From positions 5,636 through 69,635 of the forward strand of contig DHVO01000089.1 in assembly GCA_002412705.1 (NCBI GenBank): 64,000 nt of DNA. The letters are read 5' to 3'. Below the pieces are notes generated by a model. It was given only the letters and a program-made list of their open reading frames with translations, had not been told where the DNA came from and searched no databases. The stretch comes from Bacteroidales bacterium UBA5206 (lineage in GTDB: Bacteria; Bacteroidota; Bacteroidia; Bacteroidales; Tenuifilaceae). Of this stretch, positions 57,395 to 64,000 are shown piece after piece (positions within the stretch are counted from its first letter, which is position 1; every line of letters begins with the position of its first letter). A program made the position numbers and the translations under genes.

Positions 57395-60307
57395 TTAGTA
57401 TCCAAAAATTTGTTCGCGGGAAACCTTTGTTACTGGACCGTAAAGCTTTTCAATCTCTTCAAAGTTGAAATCGCTTTCTTTACCTAGAATAACATAGGTT
57501 TTGGGCTTACCCTTAACGTATTCCTGTTGGAACTTCTTAATATCAGCAAGAGTAATGTTAGGAATGGTTTGGAAGTAGGTTTTACGAATATCCTCCTTGC
57601 GACCCATCTTTTGGGCATATAGGTAATCCCATATAATATCGAGCTTGGATATACGCTCTGTTCTTATATCCGATAGGATAGACTGCTTTGCTAAATTAAA
57701 TGCAGTTTCAGACTCAGGCATATCGGTAAATAGCTCATTAAACGCATTAAATGCATCAATTACTTTATCGTTTTGGGTTGCAATAAAGCTGTTGTTCATG
57801 AATGGTTTAGCAGTTGAGTTTGGAATGCTATAAGTGGCACGAGCCGTGTATGCCAAGCTACGTTTTTCCCTCATCTCCTGGAAAACAATGGCATTCATAC
57901 CGCCACCAAAGTAGTTGTTGTACATACGAATTGTTGGCAACAGGTTAGCATTGTATGGGCCACCTTTAGTAACAGTTTGAAGATATGACTGCTTAGCATC
58001 GTAATCGGTAAATAGTACCCTATTGCTAGGTGTTTCAAGTGGCTCAAAAGATTTTTCTGCTGGAATTTCAAGGGTTTTCTTAGGAACCTTGTGGTACTTT
58101 GTAATAGCCTTTTTAAAATCGGCTGCTTTATCGGGGCCGTAGTAAATAACCTTGTGAGGGTATGCAGTAAACTGTTTTATTTTAGCAATAAGCTCTTCGG
58201 CTTTTAGCAACTTTAGCTGCTCCTCTGGAACTATGTTAGTAAATGTTGATTGTTCTCCATAGGTAGCGTAGCTTACCAAACCTGCAAATACGTTGCGTTG
58301 GCTTAGCTTATTGTCCTCTCTACTTTTAAGTATATTGGCAACCATGCTGTTTAAAGCGTTCTGATCTGCTTTGCCATCGTTAAGAAGGGATTCAAATAGC
58401 TCAATAGCCTTAGGTGCGTTTTCGCTTAGCCCTGAGAGCAAAACGTAGGTCTCGTCCTCGCCTGGGTAAACGCTATACGAGCAGGCCATTTTGTAAAACT
58501 CTTGGCTAACCTCTTCGGCCGATAGCTTTGATGTTCCAATTAGCTGCAGGTATTGTGCTGCAAGATTAATTGAAGGATCGCTGTTACTACCAAAGGGCAA
58601 GTAATATGCTAAGGTAAAGGTGTTATTCTCAGTATTCTGCTTGTACAGTATTTCTATGTTTTTATTCAGAGCAAGTTTGGTTATATCCTTCTCGTAATCA
58701 ATAAAAACAGGTTCTATTGGGGTTACTGTTTTTGCCTTAATGTTTTTAAGAAAATCAGACTCTGCATTTCTGTTTATATGGATAGGGGTTATTGCTGGTT
58801 TTTGAACCTTTGCAATTTCCTCTGGATTACCTTTACGCTTATATACAACTACATAATTGTTGTTTAAATGCTCGTTGGCAAACTTAACAAGGTCGGCTTT
58901 GGTAATTTTACCATACTCGTTAATTTGGTTAATAGCATCTTTCCACTCAATGTTGTTAAGGTAGCTCATGTACATAACGCGAGCGCGTCCGTTGCTCGAT
59001 TCGTACATTTTCATCTCCCTAAGCTTTAGGTTGTTAATAGCAGCCTCAAGCATCCAGTCGGGGAACTCACCCTTTTTTAGGAGTTCAATTTGGGAAAGCA
59101 AAAGATCTTTTACCTCTTCAAGCGTTTGCCCGTTTTTATTGCGTCCATAAAGCTGAAGAATGGAGTAGTCGGTAAGCTTCATGTTGTAGGCGCCAGAACC
59201 AAGGGTAAGCTGTTTTTTGTTGATGTTTAAATCAATAAGACCTGCTTTGCCGTTGGCCAGCATCATGGAAAGCATATCGGCCATAAGCGCCTCGTTGGAG
59301 TTAGCACCCTTAAAACGATAAGCTAAAAGAATGTTTTCGGCTTCAAGACCAGTAACTTCGCTAATAACGGGTTGGGTTATTGGGGTTTCCTTCTCGTACT
59401 TAAATTCAGGTAAATCTTTAGCCGTTAGCTTGCCAAAATGTTGGGCAACTACTTTTATAGCCTCATCGGGGTTAAAATCGCCAGCCATTACAACCGCCAT
59501 GTTATTAGGAATGTAATACCGTTGGTAAAACTCCCTAATATTTTTCATCGATGGGTTTTTAAGGTGTTCTGCCTCACCAAGAACGGTTTGCTGTCCGTAT
59601 GGGTGGTTGGGTAGCAACGATTTTAGTAGCGCCTCCGATGCTTTTCTTCCGTCGTTGGTTAACGACATGTTTTTCTCTTCGTAAACCGTTTCCAGCTCTG
59701 TATGGAACAGCCTTAGTACTGGTTGATTAAATCTGTCGGCTTGAATGGCCGCCCAGTTATCAATTTGATTACTAGGTATATTCTCTATGTAAACGGTGTA
59801 GTCATATGAAGTACCCGCATTGGTTCCTGTAGCACCAATTGCGCTCATTAGCTTATCGTACTCATTTGGAATGGCAAGTTTTGAAGCCTCAAACGATATG
59901 CTATCAATTACATGGTAAATGGCAGCGCGCTTGTCGTTATCGGTTTCAACCCTGTATATTTCAAAAAGTGAGTCCACCTTGTTAATAAGAGCACTTTCTC
60001 CTTCCCAATCAAGAGTTCCAAAGTTGGGAGTACCCTTAAACATCATGTGCTCAAAGTAGTGAGCTAAGCCCGTTGTTTCTTTTGGATCGTTTTTGCCCCC
60101 TACGCGAACAGCCACATAGGTTTGAATTCTAGGCTCATCTTTATAAACGCTCATGTAAACCTTTAACCCGTTATCGAGGGTGTAAATTCTCGTGTTTAGT
60201 GGGTCACCAGGAACTGTTTCATACTTAAACTCTTGAGCAGGTGCATTAAAGCTCAGCAGGAACAGAACTGCCGATAAAATGAACCAAAGAGATTTGCTTT
60301 TTTTCAT
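57395..60307 (-). CDS. M16 (pitrilysin/insulinase) family zinc metallopeptidase, double-length form
   Basis: The ORF runs to 60436, but the ATG at 60307 gives signal peptide MKKSKSLWFILSAVLFLLSFNAPAQE. It has the inverted zinc motif HYFEHMMFKG. Confidence 0.85.
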   Translation of the reverse strand: MKKSKSLWFILSAVLFLLSFNAPAQEFKYETVPGDPLNTRIYTLDNGLKVYMSVYKDEPRIQTYVAVRVGGKNDPKETTGLAHYFEHMMFKGTPNFGTLDWEGESALINKVDSLFEIYRVETDNDKRAAIYHVIDSISFEASKLAIPNEYDKLMSAIGATGTNAGTSYDYTVYIENIPSNQIDNWAAIQADRFNQPVLRLFHTELETVYEEKNMSLTNDGRKASEALLKSLLPNHPYGQQTVLGEAEHLKNPSMKNIREFYQRYYIPNNMAVVMAGDFNPDEAIKVVAQHFGKLTAKDLPEFKYEKETPITQPVISEVTGLEAENILLAYRFKGANSNEALMADMLSMMLANGKAGLIDLNINKKQLTLGSGAYNMKLTDYSILQLYGRNKNGQTLEEVKDLLLSQIELLKKGEFPDWMLEAAINNLKLREMKMYESSNGRARVMYMSYLNNIEWKDAINQINEYGKITKADLVKFANEHLNNNYVVVYKRKGNPEEIAKVQKPAITPIHINRNAESDFLKNIKAKTVTPIEPVFIDYEKDITKLALNKNIEILYKQNTENNTFTLAYYLPFGSNSDPSINLAAQYLQLIGTSKLSAEEVSQEFYKMACSYSVYPGEDETYVLLSGLSENAPKAIELFESLLNDGKADQNALNSMVANILKSREDNKLSQRNVFAGLVSYATYGEQSTFTNIVPEEQLKLLKAEELIAKIKQFTAYPHKVIYYGPDKAADFKKAITKYHKVPKKTLEIPAEKSFEPLETPSNRVLFTDYDAKQSYLQTVTKGGPYNANLLPTIRMYNNYFGGGMNAIVFQEMREKRSLAYTARATYSIPNSTAKPFMNNSFIATQNDKVIDAFNAFNELFTDMPESETAFNLAKQSILSDIRTERISKLDIIWDYLYAQKMGRKEDIRKTYFQTIPNITLADIKKFQQEYVKGKPKTYVILGKESDFNFEEIEKLYGPVTKVSREQIFGY

Positions 60308-60489
60308 TCGACGTAATTTTAGGTTAACGATATGGTTAGATTGGTTTGAATCAAAAAGTTTAATGAGTAAAGGAAATAACAAAACTTTAGTTTTTAGGTG
60401 AATTCCAAAAAAAAACTCATTTTTACGCCAATTCATGGTGAGTCGATTTTAGCAAGTAACAACCCCATAAAACTCTAACATTAATTGAA

Positions 60490-61731
60490 ATGAGAGCACG
60501 AATACTAGTACTTAGCATAGCGCTTTTGGGCGTTATGGGTTCATGTAGCGAACCCAAAAACACATTCTCCGATGGCGACTGGTTGGGCATTTTAAATATT
60601 GATACAGAAGATCCCTCGCTTCAAGTTCCATTCAATATGCGGCACTATACCGATGCAAAAGGTGTGGAACGCGTTGAGGTTATAAATGCCGATGAGGTTA
60701 TAACCGTTACCGAAATAGGGCGATTAGGTGATACCATATTTATGCGTATGCCAGTTTTTACTAGTGAATTTTACTTTACTGTTCGCAACGACTCTTTGGT
60801 TGGGACTTATTATCCTAAAGGCAAATCCATGGGGAATGGGTACGAATTTTATGGAGTAAAGGGCGAGACTAATCGATTTCCATGGGCTACCGATGCACCT
60901 GTTGGCAATGTAGGAGGGCGTTGGGAAATGGTTGAGAATCCTGGGCAACCCGATTCTTCGGTTATGATTGGTGAGTTTACCCAAAACGAAGGCGTTGTTA
61001 CTGGTTCTGTTCTTAGCCCTGGAGGCGATATGCGTTACTTGCAAGGAGTACTGTCGGGCAGTAAGTTCATGCTATCGGGTGTTGATGGAGCGCATACTGT
61101 AGTGTTTACCGCTACCCTTAGTGAGGATGGACAACTTGTTGATGGCCGTTTTCTGGGAAGCCCCCGTTGGCGGTCAACATGGAAGGCCTCACGAAACGAT
61201 ACCATTACCTTGCCCCAATCTGATGAGCTGGTTAGGGTTAAACTAGGAAGTGAGCCCTTTACCTTTGCTCTACCCAACTCAACTGGCGATACCATTTCTC
61301 TTAACGACGATGAGTTTAAGGGCAAAGTGGTAATTGTTTCAGCATCGGGTTCGTGGTGCCCAAACTGTATGGACGAAACCCGCTTGTTTGCCGAGTTTTA
61401 CAATAAGTATAGCGATAAGGGCTTACGTGTAGTAGCGCTTTGCTTTGAGAGTAACGATAGAGAGGCATCTTTTAGATCCATTAATAGATTTAAGGAACAA
61501 ACAGGTGCAACCTATCCTTTCCTTTACGCAGGCGCAAGGGGCAAAGAGAATAGGGATTCCATTCTCTACGTTTTAGGGGGACAAATGGCTTACCCAACAT
61601 CAATTATAATTGATAAATCTGGTAAAATACGCTCGGTTCACACCGGTTTTAGCGGACCAGGAACGGGTGTGCATTACACTGAGTATGTTGATAAAACTAC
61701 CAAACTAATAGAGGCTCTTTTGGCAGAGTAA
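60490..61731 (+). CDS. Lipoprotein with an N-terminal unknown domain and a C-terminal TlpA-like thioredoxin domain
   Basis: 413 aa with lipobox VMGSCS. The C-terminal ~150 aa carry SGSWCPNC and a redoxin-like fold pattern (YPTSIIIDKSGKI). Confidence 0.8.
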   Translation: MRARILVLSIALLGVMGSCSEPKNTFSDGDWLGILNIDTEDPSLQVPFNMRHYTDAKGVERVEVINADEVITVTEIGRLGDTIFMRMPVFTSEFYFTVRNDSLVGTYYPKGKSMGNGYEFYGVKGETNRFPWATDAPVGNVGGRWEMVENPGQPDSSVMIGEFTQNEGVVTGSVLSPGGDMRYLQGVLSGSKFMLSGVDGAHTVVFTATLSEDGQLVDGRFLGSPRWRSTWKASRNDTITLPQSDELVRVKLGSEPFTFALPNSTGDTISLNDDEFKGKVVIVSASGSWCPNCMDETRLFAEFYNKYSDKGLRVVALCFESNDREASFRSINRFKEQTGATYPFLYAGARGKENRDSILYVLGGQMAYPTSIIIDKSGKIRSVHTGFSGPGTGVHYTEYVDKTTKLIEALLAE

Positions 61732-61757
61732 AATCTTTGTTATTAGCTTATTTGTTT

Positions 61758-61789
61758 AAAACGATGCTCTAGCACAGGGCATCGTTTTT
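61758..61789. terminator. Hairpin terminator between convergent genes
   Basis: Arms aaaacgatgc / gcatcgtttt with an 11-nt loop. Confidence 0.55.
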
Positions 61790-61791
61790 CT

Positions 61792-62616
61792 TTAAAAACG
61801 AAGGGTTAGCTGGGCAAAGTTGCCTGTTAGGGTAAGTGAAACCTTGCTGTTATTTATTCTATGTATTCTGGGTATGGTGTACCCTACCAAGCTCCCCAGT
61901 ACTGCTCCTGCTAATACATCGGAGGGGAAGTGCATTCCAGCCTCAATCCTAAGGTAACCCACAAGCGTTGCTGCCGATAGACTGGAAACCCATATTAAAG
62001 TGGAGTATCCGCTTTTGCCATATAAGTTGGTATAAACGGTTGATAGAAATACTGCAGAGCAAAAGGCCATAGATGTATGTCCCGATACAAATGATTTTTG
62101 TGGGCTTCCCTCATCAAACAGCTCCTTTTTTTCATCTGATGATAGTGACTGATTGTAAAGATAGGGGCGCTTTCTCTGAAAAGTATTTTTTGTTAGCGTG
62201 GTAAGTGTACGGTTTACGTAAATGGTTTCTATGTATATAGCTGATAGGGTTACTACTTGCTGCCACTCCTTGTTGATTAGCGGTTTTAGTCCTAGCGCTG
62301 CAGGAGCAATAAAAAGTACGTCCCTAAAAACATCGCTTGCTTTTTCTGCGCTGTAAGATGCTTTTGTGGTAGCAAATCTATCAAATCGGTTAATATGCGT
62401 AGAGTTAAACAGTGATAGTTGTGCATCGGTTAAGGGCATGGGTTCCTCTAATCCATAGGTGTTAATGAGCGAAACGCCTAATACCGATGCTAGAATAGGA
62501 ATTTCGGTGCTTAGTTTAAGCTTGTATGGGAATGCCTGTTCCTGTGTAAATGAGCGCTGCGTACAGCCTATAATTGTTAGTAGGATAAGTGCAAAGGGCT
62601 TCTTAAAAAAGTTCAT
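61792..62616 (-). CDS. PAP2 family phosphatase, probable lipoprotein/membrane protein
   Basis: The ORF runs to 62652, but the ATG at 62616 gives MNFFKKPFALILLTIIGC. The three PAP2 motifs are present: KNTFQRKRP, SFVSGHTS and YLRIEAGMHFPSDV. Confidence 0.78.
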   Translation of the reverse strand: MNFFKKPFALILLTIIGCTQRSFTQEQAFPYKLKLSTEIPILASVLGVSLINTYGLEEPMPLTDAQLSLFNSTHINRFDRFATTKASYSAEKASDVFRDVLFIAPAALGLKPLINKEWQQVVTLSAIYIETIYVNRTLTTLTKNTFQRKRPYLYNQSLSSDEKKELFDEGSPQKSFVSGHTSMAFCSAVFLSTVYTNLYGKSGYSTLIWVSSLSAATLVGYLRIEAGMHFPSDVLAGAVLGSLVGYTIPRIHRINNSKVSLTLTGNFAQLTLRF

Positions 62617-62638
62617 AGGTTTAAAAGCTACTCTAAGC

Positions 62639-63073
62639 TTAGAGTGTTCCACTTAGCAAGTGGCTTGTTAGCAGCGTAGAAAAGAATAGTGCAAAAATAG
62701 TGAAGAATTGCATCTTTATTGTTTTTATTGGATGAAGAAGCATAAGCATTCCCAATCCTGCAACAAAGGAGATTACGCCTAAGTAAAAATTGGCCTCGCC
62801 AAACCAGCTCGTAGTGCCCCATATCAAGGACATTAGAAAAATGCACCCAATGAGTACCGATAGTATAATGCGGCCTCCCAAATTCATAGGCTGAAGCAAA
62901 AATTTTCCATGAGGAAATACCACAATGGGTACATAAAACAGAATGAGAGTGAAAATGCTAATGGTTAGCCACAGGTTGGTATTTACAACAATAACATTGG
63001 ATACCATTGAGATGAATGCAAGGCTAGTAAAAGCAAGGTATAGCCCAAAAGCAAATTTATTTAACCCCTTCAT
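62639..63073 (-). CDS. Small integral membrane protein, function unknown
   Basis: 144 aa with 4-5 hydrophobic segments. It lies directly upstream of the PAP2 gene on the same strand. Confidence 0.5.
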   Translation of the reverse strand: MKGLNKFAFGLYLAFTSLAFISMVSNVIVVNTNLWLTISIFTLILFYVPIVVFPHGKFLLQPMNLGGRIILSVLIGCIFLMSLIWGTTSWFGEANFYLGVISFVAGLGMLMLLHPIKTIKMQFFTIFALFFSTLLTSHLLSGTL

Positions 63074-63232
63074 ACTGTAGTTGTTTTCAAGTAATACTTA
63101 GTGCTTGTACACGTGTTTTTGTAAACTAGTAATTACGCATTGTAGGACTGAGTGCAAGAAAGTCAAGGTGAAAAAAGGCTAACAGTACTACAAGTTAATA
63201 AATATAAAAGCAAAGTCAATAATTTGCTGTGT

Positions 63233-64000
63233 TCAACTTTTGCTAGGGGGTATTCTTATGCCAAAAACCAGAACATCGTCCACTTGGAAATTTTCTCCTT
63301 TCCACGATTCAAAGGATTCGTTAAGGAGTTTATGCTGAACGCTTACAGGCATTTTGTGTATGCGCATAAGCAGCTCCTTAAAGCGCTTAGATAAGAACTT
63401 GCTGTTTTTGTCTCCCCCAAACTGATCTGCAAATCCATCGGAGAAAAGGTAAATCATATCGATCCCATCGCAGGAAAGCGTGTGGTTTGTAAAGTTTGCC
63501 TTTTCGTTTAGGTGAATTCCAACAGGCATTTTGTCTCCTTTAATTTCGGTTAGTGTTCCGTCCTTAATGTAGTAAAGAGGATTGTAAGCGCCTGCAAACT
63601 GAATGGTATTGTCGCATGTATCAATTACGCAAATAGCTATATCCATTCCATCTTTTGTTTCGCCTTCGGTACCTTTTTGCGATAGCGTAGTTTTAATGTA
63701 TAATCGTAAAGTGTTCAGAATTAGTGCTGGTTGGGTCTCCTCGTTGCGTGTTACAATGTCGTTTAGGAACGATAGCCCAAGCATACTCATAAAGGCACCG
63801 GGCACGCCATGGCCTGTGCAGTCGGCAACTGCAATAATTGTTTTGCAATCCTTTTGTCCAATCCAGTAAAAGTCTCCACTAACAATATCGCGGGGTTTGA
63901 ATAGCACAAAGTGCTCAGGAATAATTTTGCTTATGCTATCTTTATTGGGCATTGCTGCTGTTTGTATCCGCTTAGCGTACACAATACTTTGGGTTATCTC
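63233..64000 (-). CDS. PP2C/SpoIIE-type phosphatase, C-terminal part; the gene continues beyond the right edge
   Basis: The frame stays open to position 64000 (EITQSIVYAKRIQTAAMP...). It carries the same motif set as the 627-aa paralog: SGDFYW, DCTGHGVPGA, DGMDIA, FSDGFADQFGG and DDVLVFGI. Confidence 0.85.
   Translation of the reverse strand, partial: EITQSIVYAKRIQTAAMPNKDSISKIIPEHFVLFKPRDIVSGDFYWIGQKDCKTIIAVADCTGHGVPGAFMSMLGLSFLNDIVTRNEETQPALILNTLRLYIKTTLSQKGTEGETKDGMDIAICVIDTCDNTIQFAGAYNPLYYIKDGTLTEIKGDKMPVGIHLNEKANFTNHTLSCDGIDMIYLFSDGFADQFGGDKNSKFLSKRFKELLMRIHKMPVSVQHKLLNESFESWKGENFQVDDVLVFGIRIPPSKS

Noticed and set aside
60308-60436. Long N-terminal extensions offered by the ORF track (also 771-830, 3099-3137, 34791-34874, 44005-44040, 48599-48673, 54283-54342 and 62617-62652).
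   Set aside because: In most of these cases an internal ATG immediately precedes a clean signal peptide, lipobox or first conserved domain. For 3099-3137 the internal ATG pair at 3138/3141 is simply the more likely start. The upstream extension is hydrophobic or basic junk with no homology logic.
63152-63394. An 80-aa plus-strand ORF between the small membrane protein gene and the PP2C gene.
   Set aside because: More than half of it overlaps the C-terminal coding region of the well-supported PP2C gene on the other strand. It has no recognisable motifs.

Overview
This 64-kb chromosomal window reads as a Bacteroidota genome. Supporting features are a 286-aa RpoD-type sigma factor, a BamD-RpoZ-CoaBC-DUF4835-RecN block, many SPII lipoprotein signals and large TPR/barrel gene pairs. 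Rubrerythrin and several secreted thiol-disulfide oxidoreductases suggest an anaerobe or microaerophile. I call about 52 densely packed protein genes, with clear hairpin terminators between convergent genes. I saw no rRNA, tRNA, CRISPR array, transposase, integrase or phage genes.

Most of the window is housekeeping (mutS2, coaBC, recN, fabI, rpoD, htrA, dapF, gyrB, copA, ggt, M16 and S8 peptidases). The parts worth a second look are:

1. 27.5-36.9 kb: a visibly AT-richer divergent cluster. It encodes a small secreted pilin-like protein followed by a strong hairpin, a second small secreted protein, and a 1174-aa protein with beta-sandwich modules, an internal barrel-like region, more beta-sandwich modules and an OmpA domain. 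It also encodes a two-module Ig-like secreted protein, a MORN-repeat protein and a TPR-TM-PP2C sensor phosphatase. An orphan SiaC-like (DUF1987) gene lies just downstream. I read this as a candidate undescribed chaperone/usher-like surface-fibre or envelope machine. That reading is inference only.
2. 9.63-13.96 kb: a translationally coupled four-gene cassette alternating NodB-like deacetylases with Fem/GNAT-like acyltransferases. It is preceded by about 270 bp of heptad-phased repeats and is convergent with an alpha-oxoamine synthase (SPT/CFAT-like).
3. 46.4-50.8 kb: a WYL-domain regulator divergent from an unusual Trx/Grx fusion, orphan GroES-like and CopA gene string. A perfect 11-bp inverted-repeat pair lies in the shared control region.
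4. Three paralogous TPR/coiled-coil/TM sensor modules wired to PP2C (twice) or histidine-kinase outputs.

All family assignments come from my reading of motifs in the supplied translations. No database search was run.
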